A DNA stretch of 64,000 nucleotides from Eledone cirrhosa (lineage: Eukaryota), in contig CAXHJY010000082.1 of the NCBI GenBank assembly GCA_964016885.1, positions 62,001 to 126,000 on the forward strand. Direction: 5' to 3'. A program made the position numbers and the translations under genes. The notes under the pieces are model-generated. The model saw only the letters and a program-made list of their open reading frames with translations, ran no database searches and was not told the origin of the DNA. Shown piece by piece: positions 22,501-40,500 of this stretch. Position 1 is the first letter of the stretch, and each line of letters starts with the position of its first letter.

Positions 22501-25500
22501 GGTGATGATGACTATGGGGATGATGACTATGGTGATGATGACTCTGGTGATGATAACTATAGTGATGATGACTATGGTGATGATGACTCTGGTGATGATG
22601 ACTCTGGTGATGATGACTATGGGGATGATGACTATGGTGATGATGACTCCGGTGATGATGACTATGGGGATGATGACTATGGTGATGATGACTCTGGTGA
22701 TGATGACTATGGTGATGATGACTCTGGTGATGATGACTATGGTGATGATGACTATGGTGATGATGACTCTGACGATGATGACTCTGGTGATGATGACTAT
22801 GGTGATGATGACTATGGTGATGATGACTCTGGTGATGATGACTATGGTGATGATGACTCTGAGGATGATGACTATGGTGATGATGACTAGGTGATGATGA
22901 CTCTGGTGATGATGACTATGGTGATGATGACTATGGTGATGATGACTATGGTGATGATGACTATGGTGATGATGATTATGGTGATGATGACTCTGACAAT
23001 GATGACTATGGTGATGATGACTATGGTGATGATGACTCTGGTGATGATGACTCTAGTGATGATGACTATGGTGATGATGACTATGGTGATGATGACTCTG
23101 GTGATGATGACTATGGTGATGATGACTATGGTGATGATGACTATGGTGATGATGACTATGGTGGTGATGACTATGGTGATGATGACTCTGACGATGATGA
23201 CTATGGTAATGATGACTCTGAGGATGATGACTATGGTGATGATGACTATGGTGATGATGACTCTGGTGATGATGACTATGGTGATGATGACTATGGTGAT
23301 GATGACTATGGTGATGATGACTCTGGTGATGATGACTATGGTGATGATGACTATGGTGATGATGACTATGGTGATGATGACTATGGTGATGATGACTCTG
23401 ACGATGATGACTATAGTAATGATGACTATGGTGATGATAACTATGGTGATGATGACTATGGTGATGATGAGTCTGGTGATGATGACTCTGGTGATGATGA
23501 CTATGGTGATGATGACTATGGTGATGATGACTATGGTGATGATGACTATAGTGATGATGACTATGGTGATGATGACTCTGACGATGTTGACTATGGTGAT
23601 GATGACTATGGTGATGATGACTCTGGTGATGATGACTCTGGTGATGATGACTATAGTGATGATGACTATGGTGATGATGACTCTGACGATGATGACTATG
23701 GTGATGATGACTATGGTGATGATGACTATGGTCATGATGACTATGGTGATGATGACTCTGGTGATGATGACTATCGTGATGATGACTCTGGTGATGATGA
23801 CTATGATGATGATGACTATGGTGATGATGACTATGGTGATGATGACTCTGGTGATGATGACTATGGTGATGATGACTATGGTGATGATGACTCTGGTGAT
23901 GATGACTATGGTGATGATGACTATGGTGATGATGTCTATGGTGATGATGACTCTTGTGATGATGACTATGGTGATGATGACTATGGTGATGATGACTATG
24001 GTGATGATGACTATGGTGATGATGACTATGGTGATGATGACTCTGGTGATGATGACTATGGTGATGATGACTATGGTGATGATGACTATGGTGATGATGA
24101 CTCTGGTGATGATGACTATGAGGATGATGACTATGGTGATGATGACTCTGGTGATGATGACTATGGTGATGATGACTCTGGTGATGATGACTATGGTGAT
24201 GATGACTCTGGTGATGATGACTATGGTGATGATGACTCTGGTGATGATGACTATGGGGATGATGACTATGGTGATGATGACTCTGGTGATGATGACTATG
24301 GGGATGATGACTATGGTGATGATGACTCTGGTGATGATGACTATGGTGATGATGACTCTGGTGATGATGACTATGGTGATGATGACTATGGTGATGATGA
24401 CTCTGGTGATGATGACTCTGGTGATGATGACTATGGTGATGATGACTATGGTTATGATGACTCTGGTGATGATGACTATGGTGATGATGACTCTGAGGAT
24501 GATGACTATGGTGATGATGACGATGGTGATGATGACTATGGTGATCATGACTATGGTGATGATGACTATGGTGATGATGACTCTGACGATGATGACTATG
24601 GTGATGATGACTATGGTGATGATGACTATGGTGATGATGACTCTGGTGATGATGACTATGGTGATGATGACTATGGTGATGATGACTATGGTGATGATGA
24701 CTATGGTGATGATGACTCTGGTGATGATGACTATGGTGATGATGACTCTGGTGATGATGACTCTGGTGATGATGACTATGGTGATGATGACTCTGACGAT
24801 GATGACTCTGGTGATGATGACTATGGTGATGATGACTATGCTGATGATGACTATGGTGATGATGACTCTGGCGATGATGACTATGGTGATGATGACTCTG
24901 GTGATGATGACTCTGGTGATGATGACTATGGTGATGATGACTCTGGTGATGATGACTCTGGTGATGATGACTCTGGTGATGATGATTCTGACGATGATGA
25001 CTATGGTGATGATGACTCTGACGATGATGACTATGGTGATGATGACTCTGACGATGATGACTCTGGTGATGATGACTATGGTGATGATGACTATGGTGAT
25101 GATGACTATGGTGATGATGACTATGGTGATGATGACTATGGTGATGATGACTATGGTGATGATGACTATGGTGATGATGATTCTGACGATAATGACTATG
25201 GTGATCATAACTATGGTGATGATGACTATGGTGATGATGACTATGGTGATGATGACTATGGTGATGATGACTATGGTGATGATGACTCTGGTGATGATGA
25301 CTATGGTGATGATGACTATGGTGATGATGACTATGGTGATGATGACTATGGTGATGATGACTCTGGTGATGATGACTCTGGTGATGATGACTATGGTGAT
25401 GATGACTATGGTGATGATGACTATGGTGATGATGACTCTGGTGATGATGACTATGGTGATGATGACTATGGTGATGATGACTATGGTGATGATAACTATG

Positions 25501-28500
25501 GTGATGATGACTATGGTGATGATGACTCTGGTGATGATGACTATGGTGATGATGAATATGGTGATGATGACTATGGTGATGATGACTATGGTGATGATGA
25601 CTCTGACGATGATGACTATGGTGATGATGACTATGGTGATGATGACTCTGGTGATGATGACTATGGTGATGATGACTATGGTGATGATGACTCTGGTGAT
25701 GATGACTATGGTGATGATGACTATGGTGATGATGACTCTGGTGATGATGACTATGGTGATGCTGACTCTGGTGATGATGACTATAGTGATGATGACTATG
25801 GTGATGATGACTCTGACGATGATGACTATGGTGATGATGACTATGGTGATGATGACTCTGGTGATGATGACTATGGTGATGATGACTATGGTGATGATGA
25901 CTCTGGTGATGATGACTATGGTGATGATGACTATGGTGATGATGACTATGGTGATGATGACTCTGGTGATGATGACTATGGTGATGATGACTATGGTGAT
26001 GATGACTATGGTGATGATGACTCTGGTGATGATGACTATCGTGATGATGACTATGGTGATGATGACTATGGTGATGATGACTCTGGTGATGATGACTATG
26101 GTGATGATGACTATGGTGATGATGACTATGGTGATGATGACTCTGGTGATGATGACTATGGTGATGATGACTATGGTGATGATGACTATGGTGATGATGA
26201 CTCTGGTGATGATGACTATGGTGATGATGACTATGGTGATGATGACTCTGGTGATGATGACTCTGGTGATGATGACTATTGTGATGATGACTATGGTGAT
26301 GATGACTATGGTGATGATGACTCTGGTGATGATGACTATGGGGATGATGACTATGGTGATGATGACTCTGGTGATGATAACTATAGTGATGATGACTATG
26401 GTGATGATGACTCTGGTGATGATGACTCTGGTGATGATGACTATGGGGATGATGACTATGGTGATGATGACTCCGGTGATGATGACTATGGGGATGATGA
26501 CTATGGTGATGATGACTCTGGTGATGATGACTATGGTGATGATGACTCTGGTGATGATGACTATGGTGATGATGACTATGGTGATGATGACTCTGACGAT
26601 GATGACTCTGGTGATGATGACTATGGTGATGATGACTATGGTGATGATGACTCTGCTGATGATGACTATGGTGATGATGACTCTGAGGATGATGACTATG
26701 GTGATGATGACTAGGTGATGATGACTCTGGTGATGATGACTATGGTGATGATGACTATGGTGATGATGACTATGGTGATGATGACTATGGTGATTATGGT
26801 GATGATGACTCTGACGATGATGACTATGGTGATGATGACTATGGTGATGATGACTCTGGTGATGATGACTCTAGTGATGATGACTATGGTGATGATGACT
26901 ATGGTGATGATGACTCTGGTGATGATGACTATGGTGATGATGACTATGGTGATGATGACTATGGTGATGATGACTATGGTGGTGATGACTCTGACGATGA
27001 TGACTATAGTAATGATGACTATGGTGATGATAACTATGGTGATGATGACTATGGTGATGATGAGTCTGGTGATGATGACTCTGGTGATGATGACTATGGT
27101 GATGATGACTATGGTGATGATGACTCTGATGATGATGACTATAGTGATGATGACTATGGTGATGATGACTCTGACGATGTTGACTATGGTGATGATGACT
27201 ATGGTGATGATGACTCTGGTGATGATGACTCTGGTGATGATGACTATAGTGATGATGACTATGGTGATGATGACTCTGACGATGATGACTATGGTGATGA
27301 TGACTATGGTGATGATGACTATGGTCATGATGACTATGGTGATGATGACTCTGGTGATGATGACTATCGTGATGATGACTCTGGTGATGATGACTATGAT
27401 GATGATGACTATGGTGATGATGACTATGGTGATGATGACTCTGGTGATGATGACTATGGTGATGATGACTATGGTGATGATGACTCTGGTGATGATGACT
27501 ATGGTGATGATGACTATGGTGATGATGTCTATGGTGATGATGACTCTGGTGATGATGACTATGGTGATGATGACTATGGTGATGATGACTATGGTGATGA
27601 TGACTATGGTGATGATGACTATGGTGATGATGACTCTGGTGATGATGACTATGGTGATGATGACTATGGTGATGATGACTATGGTGATGATGACTCTGGT
27701 GATGATGACTATGAGGATGATGACTATGGTGATGATGACTCTGGTGATGATGACTATGGTGATGATGACTCTGGTGATGATGACTATGGTGATGATGACT
27801 CTGGTGATGATGACTATGGTGATGATGACTCTGGTGATGATGACTATGGGGATGATGACTATGGTGATGATGACTCTGGTGATGATGACTATGGGGATGA
27901 TGACTATGGTGATGATGACTCTGGTGATGATGACTATGGTGATGATGACTCTGGTGATGATGACTATGGTGATGATGACTATGGTGATGATGACTCTGGT
28001 GATGATGACTCTGGTGATGATGACTATGGTGATGATGACTATGGTTATGATGACTCTGGTGATGATGACTATGGTGATGATGACTCTGAGGATGATGACT
28101 ATGGTGATGATGACGATGGTGATGATGACTATGGTGATCATGACTATGGTGATGATGACTATGGTGATGATGACTCTGACGATGATGACTATGGTGATGA
28201 TGACTATGGTGATGATGACTATGGTGATGATGACTCTGGTGATGATGACTATGGTGATGATGACTATGGTGATGATGACTATGGTGATGATGACTATGGT
28301 GATGATGACTCTGGTGATGATGACTATGGTGATGATGACTCTGGTGATGATGACTCTGGTGATGATGACTATGGTGATGATGACTCTGACGATGATGACT
28401 CTGGTGATGATGACTATGGTGATGATGACTATGCTGATGATGACTATGGTGATGATGACTCTGGCGATGATGACTATGGTGATGATGACTCTGGTGATGA

Positions 28501-31500
28501 TGACTCTGGTGATGATGACTATGGTGATGATGACTCTGGTGATGATGACTCTGGTGATGATGACTCTGGTGATGATGATTCTGACGATGATGACTATGGT
28601 GATGATGACTCTGACGATGATGACTATGGTGATGATGACTCTGACGATGATGACTCTGGTGATGATGACTATGGTGATGATGACTATGGTGATGATGACT
28701 ATGGTGATGATGACTATGGTGATGATGACTCTGACGATAATGACTATGGTGATGATAACTATGGTGATGATGACTATGGTGATGATGACTATGGTGATGA
28801 TGACTATGGTGATGATGACTATGGTGATGATGACTCTGGTGATGATGACTATGGTGATGATGACTATGGTGATGATGACTATGGTGATGATGACTATGGT
28901 GATGATGACTCTGGTGATGATGACTCTGGTGATGATGACTATGGTGATGATGACTATGGTGATGATGACTATGGTGATGATGACTCTGGTGATGATGACT
29001 ATGGTGATGATGACTATGGTGATGATGACTATGGTGATGATAACTATGGTGATGATGACTATGGTGATGATGACTCTGGTGATGATGACTATGGTGATGA
29101 TGAATATGGTGATGATGACTATGGTGATGATGACTATGGTGATGATGACTCTGACGATGATGACTATGGTGATGATGACTATGGTGATGATGACTCTGGT
29201 GATGACGACTATGGTGATGATGACTATGGTGATGATGACTCTGGTGATGATGACTATGGTGATGATGACTATGGTGATGATGACTCTGGTGATGATGACT
29301 ATGGTGATGCTGACTCTGGTGATGATGACTATAGTGATGATGACTATGGTGATGATGACTCTGACGATGATGACTATGGTGATGATGACTATGGTGATGA
29401 TGACTCTGGTGATGATGACTATGGTGATGATGACTATGGTGATGATGACTCTGGTGATGATGACTATGGTGATGATGACTATGGTGATGATGACTATGGT
29501 GATGATGACTCTGGTGATGATGACTATGGTGATGATGACTATGGTGATGATGACTATGGTGATGATGACTCTGGTGATGATGACTATCGTGATGATGACT
29601 ATGGTGATGATGACTATGGTGATGATGACTCTGGTGATGATGACTATCGTGATGATGACTATGGTGATGATGACTATGGTGATGATGACTCTGGTGATGA
29701 TGACTATGGTGATGATGACTATGGTGATGATGACTATGGTGATGATGACTCTGGTGATGATGACTATGGTGATGATGACTATGGTGATGATGATTCTGGT
29801 GATGATGACTCTGGTGATGATGACTATTGTGATGATGACTATGGTGATGATGACTATGGTGATGATGACTCTGGTGATGATGACTATGGGGATGATGACT
29901 ATGGTGATGATGACTCTGGTGATGATAACTATAGTGATGATGACTATGGTGATGATGACTCTGGTGATGATGACTCTGGTGATGATGACTATGGGATGAT
30001 GACTATGGTGATGATGACTCCGGTGATGATGACTATGGGGATGATGACTATGGTGATGATGACTCTGGTGATGATGACTATGGTGATGATGACTCTGGTG
30101 ATGATGACTATGGTGATGATGACTATGGTGATGATGACTCTGACGATGATGACTCTGGTGATGATGACTATGGTGATGATGACTATGGTGATGATGACTC
30201 TGGTGATGATGACTATGGTGATGATGACTCTGAGGATGATGACTATGGTGATGATGACTAGGTGATGATGACTCTGGTGATGATGACTATGGTGATGATG
30301 ACTATGGTGATGATGACTATGGTGATGATGACTATGGTGATGATGATTATGGTGATGATGACTCTGACGATGATGACTATGGTGATGATGACTATGGTGA
30401 TGATGACTCTGGTGATGATGACTCTAGTGATGATGACTATGGTGATGATGACTATGGTGATGATGACTCTGGTGATGATGACTATGGTGATGATGACTAT
30501 GGTGATGATGACTATGGTGATGATGACTATGGTGGTGATGACTATGGTGATGATGACTCTGACGATGATGACTATGGTAATGATGACTCTGAGGATGATG
30601 ACTATGGTGATGATGACTATGGTGATGATGACTCTGGTGATGATGACTATGGTGATGATGACTATGGTGATGATGACTATGGTGATGATGACTCTGGTGA
30701 TGATGACTATGGTGATGATGACTATGGTGATGATGACTATGGTGATGATGACTATGGTGATGATGACTCTGACGATGATGACTATAGTAATGATGACTAT
30801 GGTGATGATAACTATGGTGATGATGACTATGGTGATGATGAGTCTGGTGATGATGACTCTGGTGATGATGACTATGGTGATGATGACTATGGTGATGATG
30901 ACTCTGATGATGATGACTATGGTGATGATGACTATGGTGATGATGACTCTGGTGATGATGACTATGGTGATGATGACTCTGGTGATGATGACTATGGTGA
31001 TGATGACTATGGTGATGATGACTATGGTGATGATGACTATGGTGATGATGACTCTGGTGATGATGACTATGGTGATGATGACTATGGTGATGATGACTAT
31101 GGTGATGATGACTCTGGTGATGATGACTATGGTGATGATGACTATGGTGATGATGACTCTGGTGATGATGACTATGGTGATGATGACTATGGTGATGATG
31201 ACTCTGGTGATGATGACTATGGTGATGATGACTATGGTGATGATGAATATGGTGATGATGACTATGGTGATGATGACTATGGTGATGATGACTATGGTGA
31301 TGATGACTCTGGTGATGATGACTATGGTGATGATGAATATGGTGATGATGACTATGGTGATGATGACTATGGTGATGATGACTCTGACGATGATGACTAT
31401 GGTGATGATGACTATGGTGATGATGACTCTGGTGATGATGACTATGGTGATGATGACTATGGTGATGATGACTCTGGTGATGATGACTATGGTGATGATG

Positions 31501-34500
31501 ACTATGGTGATGATGACTCTGGTGATGATGACTATGGTGATGATGACTCTGGTGATGATGACTATAGTGATGATGACTATGGTGATGATGACTCTGACGA
31601 TGTTGACTATGGTGATGATGACTATGGTGATGATGACTCTGGTGATGATGACTCTGGTGATGATGACTATAGTGATGATGACTATGGTGATGATGACTCT
31701 GACGATGATGACTATGGTGATGATGACTATGGTGATGATGACTATGGTCATGATGACTATGGTGATGATGACTCTGGTGATGATGACTATCGTGATGATG
31801 ACTCTGGTGATGATGACTATGATGATGATGACTATGGTGATGATGACTATGGTGATGATGACTCTGGTGATGATGACTATGGTGATGATGACTATGGTGA
31901 TGATGACTCTGGTGATGATGACTATGGTGATGATGACTATGGTGATGATGTCTATGGTGATGATGACTCTGGTGATGATGACTATGGTGATGATGACTAT
32001 GGTGATGATGACTATGGTGATGATGACTATGGTGATGATGACTATGGTGATGATGACTATGGTGATGATGACTCTGGTGATGATGACTATGGTGATGATG
32101 ACTATGGTGATGATGACTATGGTGATGATGACTCTGGTGATGATGACTATGGGGATGATGACTATGGTGATGATGACTCTGGTGATGATGACTATGGTGA
32201 TGATGACTCTGGTGATGATGACTATGGTGATGATGACTCTGGTGATGATGACTATGGTGATGATGACTCTGGTGATGATGACTATGGGGATGATGACTAT
32301 GGTGATGATGACTCTGGTGATGATGACTATGGTGATGATGACTATGGTGATGATGACTCTGGTGATGATGACTATGGTGATGATGACTATGGTGATGATG
32401 ATTCTGGTGATGATGACTCTGGTGATGATGACTATTGTGATGATGACTATGGTGATGATGACTATGGTGATGATGACTCTGGTGATGATGACTATGGGGA
32501 TGATGACTATGGTGATGATGACTCTGGTGATGATAACTATAGTGATGATGACTATGGTGATGATGACTCTGGTGATGATGACTCTGGTGATGATGACTAT
32601 GGGATGATGACTATGGTGATGATGACTCCGGTGATGATGACTATGGGGATGATGACTATGGTGATGATGACTCTGGTGATGATGACTATGGTGATGATGA
32701 CTCTGGTGATGATGACTATGGTGATGATGACTATGGTGATGATGACTCTGACGATGATGACTCTGGTGATGATGACTATGGTGATGATGACTATGGTGAT
32801 GATGACTCTGGTGATGATGACTATGGTGATGATGACTCTGAGGATGATGACTATGGTGATGATGACTAGGTGATGATGACTCTGGTGATGATGACTATGG
32901 TGATGATGACTATGGTGATGATGACTATGGTGATGATGACTATGGTGATGATGATTATGGTGATGATGACTCTGACGATGATGACTATGGTGATGATGAC
33001 TATGGTGATGATGACTCTGGTGATGATGACTCTAGTGATGATGACTATGGTGATGATGACTATGGTGATGATGACTCTGGTGATGATGACTATGGTGATG
33101 ATGACTATGGTGATGATGACTATGGTGATGATGACTATGGTGGTGATGACTATGGTGATGATGACTCTGACGATGATGACTATGGTAATGATGACTCTGA
33201 GGATGATGACTATGGTGATGATGACTATGGTGATGATGACTCTGGTGATGATGACTATGGTGATGATGACTATGGTGATGATGACTATGGTGATGATGAC
33301 TCTGGTGATGATGACTATGGTGATGATGACTATGGTGATGATGACTATGGTGATGATGACTATGGTGATGATGACTCTGACGATGATGACTATAGTAATG
33401 ATGACTATGGTGATGATAACTATGGTGATGATGACTATGGTGATGATGAGTCTGGTGATGATGACTCTGGTGATGATGACTATGGTGATGATGACTATGG
33501 TGATGATGACTCTGATGATGATGACTATGGTGATGATGACTATGGTGATGATGACTCTGGTGATGATGACTATGGTGATGATGACTCTGGTGATGATGAC
33601 TATGGTGATGATGACTATGGTGATGATGACTATGGTGATGATGACTATGGTGATGATGACTCTGGTGATGATGACTATGGTGATGATGACTATGGTGATG
33701 ATGACTATGGTGATGATGACTCTGGTGATGATGACTATGGTGATGATGACTATGGTGATGATGACTCTGGTGATGATGACTATGGTGATGATGACTATGG
33801 TGATGATGACTCTGGTGATGATGACTATGGTGATGATGACTATGGTGATGATGAATATGGTGATGATGACTATGGTGATGATGACTATGGTGATGATGAC
33901 TATGGTGATGATGACTCTGGTGATGATGACTATGGTGATGATGAATATGGTGATGATGACTATGGTGATGATGACTATGGTGATGATGACTCTGACGATG
34001 ATGACTATGGTGATGATGACTATGGTGATGATGACTCTGGTGATGATGACTATGGTGATGATGACTATGGTGATGATGACTCTGGTGATGATGACTATGG
34101 TGATGATGACTATGGTGATGATGACTCTGGTGATGATGACTATGGTGATGATGACTCTGGTGATGATGACTATAGTGATGATGACTATGGTGATGATGAC
34201 TCTGACGATGTTGACTATGGTGATGATGACTATGGTGATGATGACTCTGGTGATGATGACTCTGGTGATGATGACTATAGTGATGATGACTATGGTGATG
34301 ATGACTCTGACGATGATGACTATGGTGATGATGACTATGGTGATGATGACTATGGTCATGATGACTATGGTGATGATGACTCTGGTGATGATGACTATCG
34401 TGATGATGACTCTGGTGATGATGACTATGATGATGATGACTATGGTGATGATGACTATGGTGATGATGACTCTGGTGATGATGACTATGGTGATGATGAC

Positions 34501-37500
34501 TATGGTGATGATGACTCTGGTGATGATGACTATGGTGATGATGACTATGGTGATGATGTCTATGGTGATGATGACTCTGGTGATGATGACTATGGTGATG
34601 ATGACTATGGTGATGATGACTATGGTGATGATGACTATGGTGATGATGACTATGGTGATGATGACTATGGTGATGATGACTCTGGTGATGATGACTATGG
34701 TGATGATGACTATGGTGATGATGACTATGGTGATGATGACTCTGGTGATGATGACTATGGGGATGATGACTATGGTGATGATGACTCTGGTGATGATGAC
34801 TATGGTGATGATGACTCTGGTGATGATGACTATGGTGATGATGACTCTGGTGATGATGACTATGGTGATGATGACTCTGGTGATGATGACTATGGGGATG
34901 ATGACTATGGTGATGATGACTCTGGTGATGATGACTATGGGGATGATGACTATGGTGATGATGACTCTGGTGATGATGACTATGGTGATGATGACTCTGG
35001 TGATGATGACTATGGTGATGATGACTATGGTGATGATGACTCTGGTGATGATGACTCTGGTGATGATGACTATGGTGATGATGACTATGGTTATGATGAC
35101 TCTGGTGATGATGACTATGGTGATGATGACTCTGAGGATGATGACTATGGTGATGATGACGATGGTGATGATGACTATGGTGATCATGACTATGGTGATG
35201 ATGACTATGGTAATGATGACTCTGACGATGATGACTATGGTGATGATGACTATGGTGATGATGACTATGGTGATGATGACTCTGGTGATGATGACTATGG
35301 TGATGATGACTATGGTGATGATGACTATGGTGATGATGACTATGGTGATGATGATTCTGACGATAATGACTATGGTGATGATAACTATGGTGATGATGAC
35401 TATGGTGATGATGACTCTGGTGATGATGACTCTGGTGATGATGACTCTGGTGATGATGACTCTGGTGATGATGACTATGGTGATGATGACTATGGTGATG
35501 ATGACTATGGTGATGATGACTCTGGTGATGATGACTATGGTGATGATGATTCTGAAGATGATGACTATGGTGATGATGACTATGGTGATGATGAATATGG
35601 TGATGATGATTCTGACGATGATGACTATGGTGATGATGACTATGGTGATGATGACTATGGTGATGATGACTCTGGTGATGATGACTATGGTGATGATGAC
35701 TCTAGTGATGATGACTCTGGTGATGATGACTATGGTGATGATGACTATGGTGATGATGACTATGGTGATGATGACTATGGTGATGATGACTATGGTGATG
35801 ATGACTCTGACGATGATGACTATGGTGATGATGACTATGGTGATGATGACTATGGTGATGATGACTATGGTGATGATGACTATGGTGATGATGACTCTGA
35901 CGATGATGACTATGGTGATGATGACTATGGTGATGATGACTATGGTGATGATGACTCTGGTGATGATGACTATGGTGATGATAACTATGGTGATGATGAC
36001 TCTGACGATGATGACTATGGTGATGATGACTATGGTGATGATGACTATGGTCATGATGACTATGGTGATGATGACTCTGGTGATGATGACTATCGTGATG
36101 ATGACTCTGGTGATGATGACTATGATGATGATGACTATGGTGATGATGACTATGGTGATGATGACTCTGGTGATGATGACTATGGTGATGATGACTATGG
36201 TGATGATGACTCTGGTGATGATGACTATGGTGATGATGACTATGGTGATGATGTCTATGGTGATGATGACTCTGGTGATGATGACTATGGTGATGATGAC
36301 TATGGTGATGATGACTATGGTGATGATGACTATGGTGATGATGACTATGGTGATGATGACTATGGTGATGATGACTCTGGTGATGATGACTCTGGTGATG
36401 ATGACTATGGTGATGATGACTATGGTGATGATGACTATGGTGATGATGACTATGGTGATGACTATGGTGATGATGACTATGGTGATGATGACTATGGTGA
36501 TGATGACTCTGGTGATGATGACTATGGTGATGATGACTATGGTGATGATGACTATGGTGATGATGACTATGGTGATGATGACTCTGGTGATGATGACTAT
36601 GGTGATGATGACTATGGTGATGATGACTATGGTGATGATGACTATGGTGATGATGACTCTGGTGATGATGACTATGGTGATGATGAATATGGTGATGATG
36701 ACTATGGTGATGATGACTATGTTGATGATGACTATGGTGATGATGACTCTGGTGATGATGACTATGGTGATGATGAATATGGTGATGATGACTATGGTGA
36801 TGATGACTATGGTGATGATGACTCTGACGATGATGACTATGGTGATGATGACTATGGTGATGATGACTCTGGTGATGATGACTATGGTGATGATGACTAT
36901 GGTGATGATGACTCTGGTGATGATGACTATGGTGATGATGACTATGGTGATGATGACTCTGGTGATGATGACTATGGTGATGATGACTCTGGTGATGATG
37001 ACTATAGTGATGATGACTATGGTGATGATGACTCTGACGATGTTGACTATGGTGATGATGACTATGGTGATGATGACTCTGGTGATGATGACTCTGGTGA
37101 TGATGACTATAGTGATGATGACTATGGTGATGATGACTCTGACGATGATGACTATGGTGATGATGACTATGGTGATGATGACTATGGTGATGATGACTAT
37201 GGTGATGATGACTCTGGTGATGATGACTATCGTGATGATGACTCTGGTGATGATGACTATGATGATGATGACTATAGTGATGATGACTATGGTGATGATG
37301 ACTCTGGTGATGATGACTATGGTGATGATGACTATGGTGATGATGACTCTGGTGATGATGACTATGGTGATGATGACTATGGTGATGATGTCTATGGTGA
37401 TGATGACTCTGGTGATGATGACTATGGTGATGATGACTATGGTGATGATGACTATGGTGATGATGACTATGGTGATGATGACTATGGTGATGATGACTAT

Positions 37501-40500
37501 GGTGATGATGACTCTGGTGATGATGACTCTGGTGATGATGACTATGGTGATGATGACTATGGTGATGATGACTATGGTGATGATGACTCTGGTGATGATG
37601 ACTATGGGGATGATGACTATGGTGATGATGAATCTGGTGATGATGACTATGGTGATGATGACTCTGGTGATGATGACTATGGTGATGATGACTCTGGTGA
37701 TGATGACTATGGTGATGATGACTCTGGTGATGATGACTATGGGGATGATGACTATGGTGATGATGACTCTGGTGATGATGACTATGGGGATGATGACTAT
37801 GGTGATGATGACTCTGGTGATGATGACTATGGTGATGATGACTCTGGTGATGATGACTATGGTGATGATGACTATGGTGATGATGACTCTGGTGATGATG
37901 ACTCTGGTGATGATGACTATGGTGATGATGACTATGGTTATGATGACTCTGGTGATGATGACTATGGTGATGATGACTCTGAGGATGATGACTATGGTGA
38001 TGATGACTATGGTGATGATGACTATGGTGATGATGACTATGGTGATGATGACTATGGTGATGATGACTCTGACGATGATGACTATGGTGATGATGACTAT
38101 GGTGATGATGACTATGGTGATGATGACTCTGGTGATGATGACTATGGTGATGATGACTATGGTGATGATGACTATGGTGATGATGACTATGGTGATGATG
38201 ACTCTGGTGATGATGACTATGGTGATGATGACTCTGGTGATGATGACTCTGGTGATGATGACTATGGTGATGATGACTCTGACGATGATGACTCTGGTGA
38301 TGATGACTATGGTGATGATGACTCTGGCGATGATGACTATGGTGATGATGACTCTGGTGATGATGACTCTGGTGATGATGACTATGGTGATGATGACTCT
38401 GGTGATGATGACTCTAGTGATGATGACTCTGGTGATGATGACTCTGACGATGATGACTATGGTGATGATGACTCTGACGATGATGACTATGGTGATGATG
38501 ACTCTGACGATGATGACTCTGGTGATGATGACTATGGTGATGATGACTATGGTGATGATGACTATGGTGATGATGACTATGGTGATGATGATTCTGAAGA
38601 TGATGACTATGGTGATGATGACTATGGTGATGATGACTATGGTGATGATGATTCTGACGATGATGACTATGGTGATGATGACTATGGTGATGATGACTAT
38701 GGTGATGATGACTCTGGTGATGATGACTATGGTGATGATGACTCTAGTGATGATGACTCTGTTGATGATGACTATGGTGATGATGACTATGGTGATGATG
38801 ACTATGGTGATGATGACTATGGTGATGATGACTATGGTGATGATGACTCTGACGATGATGACTATGGTGATGATGACTATGGTGATGATGACTATGGTGA
38901 TGATGACTATGGTGATGATGACTATGGTGATGATGACTCTGACGATGATGACTATGGTGATGATGACTATGGTGATGATGACTATGGTGATGATGACTCT
39001 GGTGATGATGACTATGGTGATGATAACTATGGTGATGATGACTATGGTGATGATGACTCTGACGATGATGACTATGGTGATGATGAATATGGTGATGATG
39101 ACTCTGGTGATGATGACTCTGACGATGATGACTATGGTGATGATGACTATGGTGATGATGACTCTGACGATGATGACTATGGTGATGATGACTATGGTGA
39201 TGATGACTATGGTGATGATGACTATGGTGATGATAACTATGGTGATGATGACTATGGGGATGATGACTCTGACGATGATGACTATGGTGATGATGACTAT
39301 GGTGATGATGACTATGGTGATGATGACTATTGTGATGATGACTCTGGTGATGATGACTATGGTTATGATGACTATGGTGATGATGACTCTGACGATGATG
39401 ACTATGGTGATGATGACTCTGGTGATGATGACTCTGACGATGATGACTATGGTGATGATGACTCTGACGATGATGACTATGGTGATGATGACTATGGTGA
39501 TGACTATGGTGATGATGACTATGGTGATGATGACTCTGGTGATGATGACTATGGTGATGATGACTATGGTGATGATGACTATGGTGATGATGACTATGGT
39601 GATGATGACTCTGGTGATGATGACTATGGTGATGATGACTCTGGTGATGATGACTCTGGTGATGATGACTATGGTGATGATGACTCTGACGATGATGACT
39701 CTGGTGATGATGACTATGGTGATGATGACTATGCTGATGATGACTATGGTGATGATGACTCTGGCGATGATGACTATGGTGATGATGACTCTGGTGATGA
39801 TGACTCTGGTGATGATGACTATGGTGATGATGACTCTGGTGATGATGACTCTGGTGATGATGACTCTGGTGATGATGACTCTGACGATGATGACTATGGT
39901 GATGATGACTCTGACGATGATGACTATGGTGATGATGACTCTGACGATGATGACTCTGGTGATGATGACTATGGTGATGATGACTATGGTGATGATGACT
40001 ATGGTGATGATGTCTATGGTGATGATGACTATGGTGATGATGACTATGGTGATGATGACTATGGTGATGATGACTCTGGTGATGATGACTATGGTGATGA
40101 TGACTATGGTGATGATGACTATGGTGATGATGTCTATGGTGATGATGACTATGGTGATGATGACTATGGTGATGATGACTCTGGTGATGATGACTATGGT
40201 GATGATGACTATGGTGATGATGACTCTGACGATGATGACTATGGTGATGATGACTATGGTGATGATGACTATGGTGATGATGACTATGGTGATGATGACT
40301 ATGGTGATGATGACTATGGTGATGATGACTCTGCTGATGATGACTATGGTGATGATGACTCTGGTGATGATGACTATGGTGATGATGACTATGGTGATGA
40401 TGACTATGGTGATGATGACTCTGGTGATGATGACTCTGGTGATGATGACTATGGTGATGATGACTCTGACGATGATGACTCTGGTGATGATGACTATGGT